A stretch of DNA of 59,100 bases, filler included. It is 4 parts of 4 records of this genome, joined end to end, with 100 filler letters (N's around TTAATTAATTAA, not from the genome) between each part and the next. Parts side by side here need not be neighbours in the genome. Positions count along the whole stretch, not along the records: positions 15,254 to 36,895 come from SRR20825006_694; 3 more parts are not named here. One strand, 5' to 3'. The position numbers were made by a program, and so were the translations under genes. The notes under the pieces were generated by a model, which saw only the letters and a list, made by a program, of their open reading frames with translations, did not search any database and was not told the DNA's origin. How positions within the stretch are numbered: position 1 is the first letter of the stretch; every line of letters starts with the position of its first letter. Positions 18,404 to 27,732 of this stretch are shown here, piece by piece.

Positions 18404-20692
18404 ATGCATCAAGATTATATACAACCGAACCCATGGAGTATTATTGAGGAAGGTTTCGATAAAGGTCGGGTAAAATCTTCCGAAAGTCTTTTCAGTATAG
18501 GCAATGGGGCCATGGGGCAACGTGCCAATTTTGAAGAAGCCTATTCTGGCCCCACCTTTCAAGGCAGCTATATCGGAGGGGTTTATTATCCTGATAAAAC
18601 CCGGGTAGGATGGTGGAAAAACGGCTATCCTGAATATTTTGCCAAGGTATTGAATGCTCCCAATTGGATTGGTATTGATGTAGAGATTGATGGCTCCGCT
18701 TTGGATTTGGCCACCTGCTCCAACATTAAAAATTTTAAACGCGAGCTGAACATGAGAGAGGGTTGGTACCAAAGAAGTTTTGTGGCCAACACATCCAAAA
18801 ACATTGAAATAGAGGTGGTTGCGACTCGTTTCTTGAGTTTATCGCATGACGAAGTGGGAGCCATCAAGTTTGAGATTACTCCGCTCAATTCCGATGCCTC
18901 AATTGTTTTTAAACCCTATATCGATGCAGGTATTACCAATGAGGATAGCAACTGGGACGATAAGTTTTGGAATACTACAAAGATAACATCAGAAAAAAAC
19001 AGGGCTTTTATTGCATCCCACACCATGAAGACAAATTTTAAGGTGTGCACATTTATGCAGGCCCATTTGTCGTATGGCGACAACCTAAAAGTAACGCCAG
19101 ATGCAGAAAAGAAAGAAGAATTATCTATTGGTTTCGAATTCTCTCAAAATGTAAAAAAGGGCGAAAAAGTAAGTTTGACCAAATTTGGTGGATATACCGT
19201 GGACCGCAACCACCCGCCCGAAAAATTGACCGAAGCAGCAAATACTGTTTTAGACCAAGCATCATCACTTGGTTTTGAAGGGCTTTTGGAAGAACAGAAA
19301 AAAGCTTGGGCGTCCATCTGGGACATGAGCGACATTACGATTGAAGGTGACATAAAAGCTCAACAAGGCATCCGATTCAATATTTTTCAACTGAACCAAA
19401 CATATACAGGTACTGATTCCCGATTGAACATTGGCCCGAAAGGATTTACGGGCGAAAAATACGGAGGTAGTACCTATTGGGATACCGAAGCGTACTGTTT
19501 ACCATTTTATATGGCGACCAAAAACCAAGAAGTAGCTCGGAAATTGCTCAAGTACAGGTACAACCATCTGGAAAAAGCCATTGAAAATGCCGAAAAACTA
19601 GGTTTTAAGAACGGTGCCGCACTTTATCCGATGGTCACCATGAACGGAGAGGAATGCCATAATGAGTGGGAAATCACTTTTGAGGAAATCCATAGAAATG
19701 GGGCAATTGCCTACGCCATTTTTAACTATACCAGATACACTGAAGATTACAGCTACATTCCAGAAATGGGGCTTGAAGTCCTAATCGGTATAGCCCGTTT
19801 TTGGCAACAGCGGGTCAATTGGTCCGAACACCGAAACAAATATGTGATGCTGGGTGTGACCGGGCCAAACGAATATGAAAACAACGTACACAACAACTGG
19901 TACACTAACTATTTGGCCAAGTGGTGTCTGGAGTATGCTTTGGAACAGTTGGAACAGGTGCAACAAAACCATCCTGCGGATTACAAAAGGGTGATGGAAA
20001 AAACCAAGTTGACCAACGACGAGACAGGACTTTGGAAAAAAGTGGCTGCCCACATGTATTTCCCGTATTCCGAAGAGCATGGTGTCTATTTGCAACAAGA
20101 TGGGTTCTTGGACAAGGATTTGGTCCGTGTGGCCGACTTGGACAAAAAAGAACGCCCCATTAACCAACATTGGAGCTGGGACAGAATTTTACGCTCACCC
20201 TACATCAAACAAGCAGATACGCTACAGGGATTCTATTTTTTTGAGAATCACTTTACCGAGCAGGAACTGGAAAAACACTTTGATTTTTATGAGCCGTTTA
20301 CCGTTCATGAATCTTCGCTTTCGCCTTGCGTTCACTCGGTGCAGGCAGCCAAATTAGGCAGAATGGAACAAGCTTACACATTCTACCTGCGTACTTCTCG
20401 ATTGGATTTGGACGATTACAATAAGGAAGTGGAAGAAGGATTGCACATTACCTCCATGGCAGGAACTTGGATGAGCATTGTTGAAGGCTTTGGCGGTATG
20501 AGGGTTAAGGACGGAAAACTTTCTTTTACCCCTAAAATCCCTGAACAATGGGAAATGTATTCCTTCAAAATCAATTTTAGGGAAAGAGTTATAAAAGTGA
20601 CGGTGAGCCAAAATGGTGCTGATTTGGAGATTGACGGAGGCGAACCCCTAGAAATCGTCGTCAACGAAAAACCAATCACATTATCCGCTTAA
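18404..20692 (+). CDS. Glycoside hydrolase family 65 (maltose phosphorylase-like)
   Basis: ESLFSIGNGAMGQR, IGPKGFTGEKYGGSTYWDTE, GPNEY, IKQAD, HESSLS. Confidence 0.93.
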   Translation: MHQDYIQPNPWSIIEEGFDKGRVKSSESLFSIGNGAMGQRANFEEAYSGPTFQGSYIGGVYYPDKTRVGWWKNGYPEYFAKVLNAPNWIGIDVEIDGSALDLATCSNIKNFKRELNMREGWYQRSFVANTSKNIEIEVVATRFLSLSHDEVGAIKFEITPLNSDASIVFKPYIDAGITNEDSNWDDKFWNTTKITSEKNRAFIASHTMKTNFKVCTFMQAHLSYGDNLKVTPDAEKKEELSIGFEFSQNVKKGEKVSLTKFGGYTVDRNHPPEKLTEAANTVLDQASSLGFEGLLEEQKKAWASIWDMSDITIEGDIKAQQGIRFNIFQLNQTYTGTDSRLNIGPKGFTGEKYGGSTYWDTEAYCLPFYMATKNQEVARKLLKYRYNHLEKAIENAEKLGFKNGAALYPMVTMNGEECHNEWEITFEEIHRNGAIAYAIFNYTRYTEDYSYIPEMGLEVLIGIARFWQQRVNWSEHRNKYVMLGVTGPNEYENNVHNNWYTNYLAKWCLEYALEQLEQVQQNHPADYKRVMEKTKLTNDETGLWKKVAAHMYFPYSEEHGVYLQQDGFLDKDLVRVADLDKKERPINQHWSWDRILRSPYIKQADTLQGFYFFENHFTEQELEKHFDFYEPFTVHESSLSPCVHSVQAAKLGRMEQAYTFYLRTSRLDLDDYNKEVEEGLHITSMAGTWMSIVEGFGGMRVKDGKLSFTPKIPEQWEMYSFKINFRERVIKVTVSQNGADLEIDGGEPLEIVVNEKPITLSA

Positions 20693-20811
20693 TCCATCAA
20701 ATAAAAGAACGAAATAATTTTCGGATCGAGGTGATTTCAGCTAAAAATTGATAAAATCAATCAGTTTTAAGTTGATTCGAGCTATTTTCATATCAACTTA
20801 AAAATTTAACC

Positions 20812-21513
20812 ATGAAAAGATTATTGCTATGCGTATTGGTATTCCAACTGGTGGGCTGTGCTGAACTGCAACAAGTGGTCAACCAATTGCCCCAAGGTAC
20901 TGGAATCGGAAATGATCAAATAGCCCAAGGACTCCGCGAGGCCCTAAATATGGGAATTGAAAAACAAGTTAACAAACTTACGAGCGAGAACGGGTTCTAT
21001 AAGAACGAACTAGTAAAAATCCTGCTGCCGGAAGAACTTCAAAAAGTGGACAAAACTTTGCGTGATATCGGTCTGTCCAGTTTGGCCGACGAAGGATTAA
21101 GAATTATCAACCGTGCCGCGGAAGATGCCGTTGGAGAAGCCACACCAATTTTTGTACAGGCAGTAAAGGGCATCACTTTTAACGATGCCAGACAAATACT
21201 TTTGGGGAACGATAACGCAGCGACTCAATATTTACAGCAAGCGACCAAGACACAACTGTACAACAAATTCAATCCGGTGATAAAAAATTCGTTCCAAAAA
21301 GTAGGCGCGGACCAAATCTGGAGCAATATTATCACCAAGTACAATAGCTTGCCGTTGACCAATGATGTAAACCCTGATTTAACCGATTATACCACCAATG
21401 AAGCCTTGGAAGGAGTGTACGCCATGATTGCGGTAGAGGAAAAGGAAATTAGGACAAAAGTTTCGTCAAGAACAACAGATTTGTTAAAAAAGGTCTTTGC
21501 TCTTCAGGATTAA
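20812..21513 (+). CDS. DUF4197-family lipoprotein
   Basis: Lipobox LVGC; GLREAL, VKILLPEEL, INRAAEDA, IAVEEKEIR. Confidence 0.85.
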   Translation: MKRLLLCVLVFQLVGCAELQQVVNQLPQGTGIGNDQIAQGLREALNMGIEKQVNKLTSENGFYKNELVKILLPEELQKVDKTLRDIGLSSLADEGLRIINRAAEDAVGEATPIFVQAVKGITFNDARQILLGNDNAATQYLQQATKTQLYNKFNPVIKNSFQKVGADQIWSNIITKYNSLPLTNDVNPDLTDYTTNEALEGVYAMIAVEEKEIRTKVSSRTTDLLKKVFALQD

Positions 21514-21682
21514 TCATAATTTTTTGATAAAAACGCAATAACTCAAAAAAGAAGACGTTATAAACTCAATAATTAAGTATAATTATAACAAAATCCTAAA
21601 GTTAAATTAACCTTGGCCTCAAGGTTAAACTTGAATTTTGTACAAGTTATCTGAGTTAGCATTTTTTTGAGTTAGTTAGTTT

Positions 21683-21711
21683 AAAAACCGGTGTTCCTCA
21701 CCGGTTTTTTT
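21683..21711 (+). terminator. Rho-independent terminator
   Basis: AAAAACCGGTG-TTCCT-CACCGGTTTTTTT. Confidence 0.85.
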
Positions 21712-22030
21712 CTTTATCGGTATCCCAAAAACGTTGAATCCTACATTTGAACCAGGAACATTTCAGTTTGAGCTCAAAAAACAACACTCCTCTCTTTTGA
21801 GTTAACAGTAGAACGGATTAAAGCATATTGTTCCGACAATTTGAACCAAATTACGCCCGTAAAAAGGATACGTTAATATTGTCCAAAACTAGTGTTAGCG
21901 AAGACTCCGAAATTGGCTGTATACGTTAAATTTTAGATAAATTACCTGATTTATAGACGTATACCTGCAACCAACGTAGTCCACCAGCATCTTTTGAACG
22001 TATCTTTGTTATTAACAAATCTTGAGAGCT

Positions 22031-22222
22031 ATGAATAATCAAAATTGTAAAGTAGGGGCCGTAACACCGATTACAGGTTTAAGCCAAGCAGCTACCATTT
22101 TGGAGATAATGCACCAAAATTTTATGGAAAAAGCAGCCAGTGTAGCTGCAAAGGAGAATCAGTTGGATGAGTTTTTCAAAAGAAAGGCACAGAACATCAA
22201 AAAGATTTTAGAAAGCCTATAA
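22031..22222 (+). CDS. Small hypothetical protein (63 aa)
   Basis: ATG at 22031 preceded by TATCTTTG (-7 promoter consensus, 22001-22008); helical-looking sequence; convergent with pyrF. Confidence 0.65.
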   Translation: MNNQNCKVGAVTPITGLSQAATILEIMHQNFMEKAASVAAKENQLDEFFKRKAQNIKKILESL

Positions 22223-22238
22223 TCGGCATTGCTATGTT

Positions 22239-23060
22239 CTATTTGATTTTGTTCAGTTCAATTTGCATTTCTTGCTGGATTTCGTGTGCCTTTTTTGCAG
22301 CGGCTTCGGCAAAGTCATTGCCCGTTGATGCATAAATAATTCCTCTGGAAGAATTCACCAACAAACCTACATTTTTGGTGATTCCATACTTGCATACTTC
22401 TTGCAAACTACCTCCTTGTGCCCCTACTCCTGGAACCAATAAAAAGCTCTCAGGTACAATTTTTCGAATATCTTCCAAGTAAGAAGCCTTGGTGGCCCCG
22501 ACCACATACATCAATCGTTCTGAACCTTTGTAGGTTTTGGAAACGGACAACACTTCTTTGTACAATTCCTGCCCATCAACATTTTTGGTCTGAAAATCAT
22601 ACGCGCCCTGATTGGAAGTCAATGCCAATAGGATGGTATGCTTATCCTTAAATTCCAAAAAAGGTTCAACGGAATCCTTGCCCATATACGGCGCAATGGT
22701 AATGGAATCAAAATCCATGGTCTCAAAAAAGGCCTTGGCATAGCGGGTAGATGTATTTCCGATATCTCCACGTTTGGCATCCGCAATGGTAAAAATCTCA
22801 GGATGCTCGGTATTTAGATATTCCATGGTTCGCTCCAAGGACTTCCACCCATCAATTCCATAGGCTTCATAAAAGGCAATATTGGGTTTATAGGCCACGC
22901 AATAGGAATGTGTAGCATCTATAATAGCTTTGTTGAAAGCGAAAATGGGATCCTCTTCTTTTAGAAGGTAATCAGGAATTTTATCCAAATCAGTGTCGAG
23001 ACCAACACAGAGGAATGATTTTTTTTGACGTATCTGGGCGATTAAATCTTCTATCTTCAT
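22239..23060 (-). CDS. pyrF: Orotidine-5'-phosphate decarboxylase
   Basis: [41 protein letters not shown]. Confidence 0.97.
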   Translation of the reverse strand: MKIEDLIAQIRQKKSFLCVGLDTDLDKIPDYLLKEEDPIFAFNKAIIDATHSYCVAYKPNIAFYEAYGIDGWKSLERTMEYLNTEHPEIFTIADAKRGDIGNTSTRYAKAFFETMDFDSITIAPYMGKDSVEPFLEFKDKHTILLALTSNQGAYDFQTKNVDGQELYKEVLSVSKTYKGSERLMYVVGATKASYLEDIRKIVPESFLLVPGVGAQGGSLQEVCKYGITKNVGLLVNSSRGIIYASTGNDFAEAAAKKAHEIQQEMQIELNKIK

Positions 23061-23102
23061 TGAGGTGCGTTCTCGAAAGTACTAAAAAATGTATGCTAAA
23101 CA

Positions 23103-24179
23103 TTAAAATATTTCTGAAGCTTCTTTGAGTTTTTCCGTGTTTTCCACCAACATCAACTCATCGATAATCTTTTGGACATCTCCGTTTATAATGTTCTGTA
23201 AATCGTAAAGGGTAAGACCTATTCGGTGATCGGTAACTCTTCCTTGCGGATAGTTATAGGTACGAATTTTGGCCGAACGGTCCCCGCTACTAACCTGAGA
23301 GTTACGTTTGGCAGCATCTTCGGCCTGTTTTTTGGCCAATTCCATATCATACAAACGTGCACGGAGCACCTTGAATGCCTTATCCTTGTTCTTGTGCTGG
23401 GATTTTTCATCCTGACATTGCGCCACAATTCCCGTAGGTTCGTGGGTAAGCCGTACGGCAGAATAGGTCGTATTCACCGACTGACCACCGGGTCCTGAAG
23501 AACAGAAATAATCGATACGAACGTCTTTGGGATCAATTTGAACGTCGAATTCCTCCGCCTCCGGAATTACCATTACGGTTGCGGCACTGGTGTGTACCCG
23601 ACCTTGGGTCTCGGTCTGTGGTACACGTTGCACACGGTGCACCCCTGCTTCAAACTTGAGGGTTCCGTACACATCTTCTCCATTTACTTCAAAGTGGATT
23701 TCCTTGTATCCACCGCTGGTTCCCTCGCTCAAATCGATAACGTTGGTCTTCCATCCTTTGGATTCGCAATATTTGGTATACATACGGAACAGGTCGCCTG
23801 CAAAAATACTGGCTTCATCTCCACCGGTACCTGCACGGATTTCCATTACAACGTTTTTGGCATCTTCTGGATCTTTAGGAATCAGAAGAAACTTGATTTC
23901 CTCTTCCAATTTGGGCAAGGCACTTTTGGCCTCGTCCATCTGCATTTTGGCCATTTCCACCATTTCGGCATCACTGCCGTCCGAAATAATTTCCTCTGCC
24001 TCCTCTATGTTATTGGTAAGGGTTATGTATTCGTCACGTTTGTCGCTCAGCAATTTAAGGTCCTTATACTCCTTGTTCAGTTTTACGTACCTTTTTTGGT
24101 CCGCGATAATATCCGGCTGTATGATCAGGTCCGAAACCTCATCAAAACGCTGTTTTACAATGTTGAGTTTGTCTAGCAT
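23103..24179 (-). CDS. prfA: Peptide chain release factor 1
   Basis: GGQ motif ([10 protein letters not shown]), VPQT (PxT recognition loop), [16 protein letters not shown]. Confidence 0.98.
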   Translation of the reverse strand: MLDKLNIVKQRFDEVSDLIIQPDIIADQKRYVKLNKEYKDLKLLSDKRDEYITLTNNIEEAEEIISDGSDAEMVEMAKMQMDEAKSALPKLEEEIKFLLIPKDPEDAKNVVMEIRAGTGGDEASIFAGDLFRMYTKYCESKGWKTNVIDLSEGTSGGYKEIHFEVNGEDVYGTLKFEAGVHRVQRVPQTETQGRVHTSAATVMVIPEAEEFDVQIDPKDVRIDYFCSSGPGGQSVNTTYSAVRLTHEPTGIVAQCQDEKSQHKNKDKAFKVLRARLYDMELAKKQAEDAAKRNSQVSSGDRSAKIRTYNYPQGRVTDHRIGLTLYDLQNIINGDVQKIIDELMLVENTEKLKEASEIF

Positions 24180-24248
24180 AAATCAATCCTCCTAATAGGA
24201 ATGCGAATTTACGATTTTTTAATGGGATTATTTTCTAACCAAATGAGG

Positions 24249-25544
24249 TCAGTTACCAACAAAAGTAGTTCCAAAGGTAACAATGAAAGCATCAAGGCCG
24301 TCGCTACGATTATATCGGCTAAATTGAAGGTTGATGGTCTTTAAACCAAAATTGAGCAGCCGGGCACTCGTAAAAATATCCTTGTATTGCACTCCTACCC
24401 CGTATTGATGGGCATCATAATTGGACAAATCATAGTCCGAAGTATAAAAGTCGTAGGTAGACAATGCTTGCTCTTTGGGATAAAAATAATCCGCCGCTGT
24501 TTGGGTGTAGTAGCGGTAGCTGGGATATACGGTAAACTTATCCGAAAGTTTGACCGGGGCTTCCAGACTGGCTGTGTGTGAATTTACACCCCAATCATCC
24601 CAATAAAAGCGATAGTAAGATCGCAGGATCACCAAATCGTTCAAATAATAATTCAAACGACCACCAACAGGTAGTTTAAAACGACTATCTGGCAATTGCT
24701 CCACATTGTCCGCCAATTGAAACTCATCAATATAAAAATCCTCAAAATCCGAAAAATACACCCGCTGGAAGGGCGTGCTCAACAATCCGTGCTGGGATAC
24801 CACATCCATAAAAAGTGCTCCTTGCAATTTTTGGCTCAAAATCTGGGAAAAGCTCAGGGAAAGCGAATAGGAGTTCCTGTTCTCATCATCAAATTCCGTA
24901 AAAATAGGGCTGTAATTCCCGTTCCCCGAGATACGATTATCAAAAAAACCTTCACGTAGTTCTATGGGATACTGTGAATTCCATTTATCCAAAAACACGC
25001 GACCGCTCAGGGTAATTTCTGTATTTTTTTCGTTGAACAATTTAGTAAAGCTGCCACCAAACCCTATGGAAGAATAATCGTATTCCGATGAAAAATAGGC
25101 GTTGGCACTCCAAATGGTGTTTCGGTCATCGGAACTATGTTGGTATGAGGGGTTGATATAGACCAGCATATCCTTTCGAGATTCTCCCGAAGAAGCGTCA
25201 AAAGGAGTAACATTGAGTCCACCGTCCAAAGGATTCACGTTACTGGAAGAAGCAGAGGTATAGGCGGACAGACCAACATCCACCGTTAAAATATCGTCTT
25301 CGTTCATAGGCATTCTAAGAACTATGCTCGAAGTCGCATCAGTTAACTCTTCGGTACCTTCCCCACCAGTTACTGCTGCATTTTGCCCATCCTGATTATA
25401 ATAACTGAACAATACGTCGATTTCACTTGTCTCCAAAACCCTTCTCTTGTACGAAGTGTCCGCTTGTTGCGACCAGCCGATGAATGTTATCAAAAAGAAA
25501 AGGATTACGAAAACGGATTTTACTGATCTGGACAACTGCGTCAT
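24249..25544 (-). CDS. DUF3570-family protein (predicted outer-membrane beta-barrel)
   Basis: Signal peptide; SSEYDYSSIG, EQLPDSR, YRFYWDDWGV, YRYYTQTAADYF, TSDYDLS; aromatic beta-strand pattern; adjacent to DUF4266/apbE. Confidence 0.85.
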   Translation of the reverse strand: MTQLSRSVKSVFVILFFLITFIGWSQQADTSYKRRVLETSEIDVLFSYYNQDGQNAAVTGGEGTEELTDATSSIVLRMPMNEDDILTVDVGLSAYTSASSSNVNPLDGGLNVTPFDASSGESRKDMLVYINPSYQHSSDDRNTIWSANAYFSSEYDYSSIGFGGSFTKLFNEKNTEITLSGRVFLDKWNSQYPIELREGFFDNRISGNGNYSPIFTEFDDENRNSYSLSLSFSQILSQKLQGALFMDVVSQHGLLSTPFQRVYFSDFEDFYIDEFQLADNVEQLPDSRFKLPVGGRLNYYLNDLVILRSYYRFYWDDWGVNSHTASLEAPVKLSDKFTVYPSYRYYTQTAADYFYPKEQALSTYDFYTSDYDLSNYDAHQYGVGVQYKDIFTSARLLNFGLKTINLQFSRYNRSDGLDAFIVTFGTTFVGN

Positions 25545-25571
25545 AAGGTTTTAGGTTGATTAAGCTAGCAT

Positions 25572-25781
25572 CTAATTACATCCGCATCCGCCCCCTGTTT
25601 TGCCACCATTGGCACCGGAGGACGCCTCCCTATAAATATGGAAATTGGTCTCGAACCGTTCGCAAGGCCTGGCACTCAACTGCATCTCTTCAGCGTTCAC
25701 ATAGACTTTATCATACTCTCGCACTACAACGCAAGAGCTCGCTAAGATTAAAAGGAACAATAGAGCAATAAGTTTTCCCAT
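25572..25781 (-). CDS. DUF4266-family small lipoprotein
   Basis: Lipobox ASSC; C-terminal YREASSGANGGKTGGGCGCN. Confidence 0.9.
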   Translation of the reverse strand: MGKLIALLFLLILASSCVVVREYDKVYVNAEEMQLSARPCERFETNFHIYREASSGANGGKTGGGCGCN

Positions 25782-25793
25782 ACCATAAATGTA

Positions 25794-26789
25794 CTAATTC
25801 GTATCGAACATAATCCCTGAACTTCGATGAACTTTGTTCTCAGAATCTACCACAACGGCCTCTACCCCATCAATCTGATTGATCATATGCAAACCAACAT
25901 CGCGCCCCATTGTAAAAACTGCCGTTGCCAAAGCATCGCACAGCTCGGCTTGTTTGGCAAAAATGGAAACACTGTTGATTCCCCGCGTAGGATATCCCGT
26001 TCTTGGGTCGATAATATGGGAGTATTTTTCACCGTTGAGCGTGATGTATTTTTCGTAATTCCCCGAAGTGGCGACCGAGGACTCCACTACAGGCAACCAA
26101 CTGAAAACTTTGCCCTTGCTCAATGGGTTGGCAATTCCTACCAACCATTTTTCCCCGGTTACCTTGGTTCCCCATGTAGTTAGGTCGCCAGAAGCGTTTA
26201 TGATTCCTCCTTTCACATCCTTGGACACAAGTAAATCCTTCGCTTTATCAGCAGCATACCCCTTACCAATGGCCCCAAATCCGATTCTCATTCCTTTTTC
26301 AGGGAGATACACAGTCAGGTTTTCCGCATCTAATTTGATTTTTTTAAATCCCACTTTTGACACAGAATTTTTGATTTCGGCCTCACTTGGCATCTTATCC
26401 ATGGTACCATCAAACTTCCAGATATTGTCCATGGAAGCATAAGTGATATCAAAAGCACCGTCTGTAATTTCAGATATTTTGATGGCTCGCTCAATCAATC
26501 CAAAAAGCTCTTGACTTACTTTAATGGGTTTTATACCTGCATTTTTGTTGACGAGGGAAGTTTCGGAGTTGTCGTCCCACGATGAAATAATCCGTTCTAT
26601 CCGCTCAATTTCGGATACAGCTTCATCTATATTGATGTAACCTATTTCCTCGTTTGGTGCCACCACGGTTATCTCGAACCGAGTACCCATTAATTTTAAG
26701 GTCTTTTTTACGGTAACACCTGTTTGCCCCAACTGCCCGAACGACAGCAGGCAAGATAGACTGCACACTAAGGCTACGAGGATTTTCAT
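25794..26789 (-). CDS. apbE: FAD:protein FMN transferase ApbE
   Basis: LMGT, TDGAFDIT, GAIGKGYAAD, NASGD, ATSGNYE, HIIDPRTG, DALATA. Confidence 0.96.
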   Translation of the reverse strand: MKILVALVCSLSCLLSFGQLGQTGVTVKKTLKLMGTRFEITVVAPNEEIGYINIDEAVSEIERIERIISSWDDNSETSLVNKNAGIKPIKVSQELFGLIERAIKISEITDGAFDITYASMDNIWKFDGTMDKMPSEAEIKNSVSKVGFKKIKLDAENLTVYLPEKGMRIGFGAIGKGYAADKAKDLLVSKDVKGGIINASGDLTTWGTKVTGEKWLVGIANPLSKGKVFSWLPVVESSVATSGNYEKYITLNGEKYSHIIDPRTGYPTRGINSVSIFAKQAELCDALATAVFTMGRDVGLHMINQIDGVEAVVVDSENKVHRSSGIMFDTN

Positions 26790-27223
26790 TTTAAGAATTT
26801 ATTGAGGGTATTAATATATTTTTCAGGACTGGTCCGGGCCACAAAGCCGGTAGTGCCCAATACATGTTGGTCTTTGTCCATAACCACCACCAATGGAAAG
26901 TATCCTTTGGTATTGTATTTTTCGGCCAAGGCCTTATTCTGGTTCATTTTGGCCTCTGGAAGTTGATTTTGTTTTTTCCTGGGAAAATCTGCGTCGTACA
27001 TTACATAATGCTCCAAAGCATAAGCCTTGAACTCATCACTATCAAAAATATGTTTCTTTAAACGGATGCAAGGAGCGCACCAATCCGACCCTGAGAAAAC
27101 CAGAACAATCGGTTTGTCCTCCGAAGACGCTTTGGTAAGTGCATCATCAAAACTTTCTTGCCACTGTTGTGCCTGAAGCATACCACAGCAAGTGAATAGT
27201 AGAATGTAGATTAATTTTTTCAT
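26786..27223 (-). CDS. Exported thioredoxin-family protein
   Basis: Signal peptide; FSGSDWCAPC active site; GYFP cis-Pro loop; ATGA overlap with apbE. Confidence 0.92.
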   Translation of the reverse strand: MKKLIYILLFTCCGMLQAQQWQESFDDALTKASSEDKPIVLVFSGSDWCAPCIRLKKHIFDSDEFKAYALEHYVMYDADFPRKKQNQLPEAKMNQNKALAEKYNTKGYFPLVVVMDKDQHVLGTTGFVARTSPEKYINTLNKFLK

Positions 27224-27243
27224 TCGATTTGGGATTCAAAAAA

Positions 27244-27684
27244 CTATTCATAAACCCGTAAAATGGAACCATCGAGTTCCGTATTGTAAACTGTTAGTGC
27301 CCTGGCCGGGGTTCCATCCACCTGATTTAACGGGGTTCCATCCTGACCAAACCTTGAACCATGCACATCGCAATAAAAAATACCGCCGCTCTGGTCCACA
27401 AAACGCACCTGATCATAAGATTGATGACTGCAAACTTGGCTCGCCGCCACATATTCTCCTTGTAGGTTTCTGGCAACGACCACTAAGTTCTTTAAAATAA
27501 AACCTCCGTTTTCGGAAAGATTCGAAGCTTCGGCTGAAGTAAGGTCAATGGTAAAGTCGATTCCTGTAGGCTCATCGACCAAGTTGCCATCAATTTCATC
27601 CTTGGAACACCCTTGTAAACAGGGAAATGTAAGGGCAAATGCGGCGCCAGCTCCCAAACTTCGGAGAAACTCTTTTCTTTCCAT
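27244..27684 (-). CDS. Rieske [2Fe-2S] lipoprotein
   Basis: CSH...CDVHGS Rieske ligands; Tat-like leader MERKEFL and lipobox LQGC. Confidence 0.9.
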   Translation of the reverse strand: MERKEFLRSLGAGAAFALTFPCLQGCSKDEIDGNLVDEPTGIDFTIDLTSAEASNLSENGGFILKNLVVVARNLQGEYVAASQVCSHQSYDQVRFVDQSGGIFYCDVHGSRFGQDGTPLNQVDGTPARALTVYNTELDGSILRVYE

Positions 27685-27732
27685 AGCATTAAGGTTTATA
27701 TATTAAAACGCTATTTCCAGAGAAATCGTATG

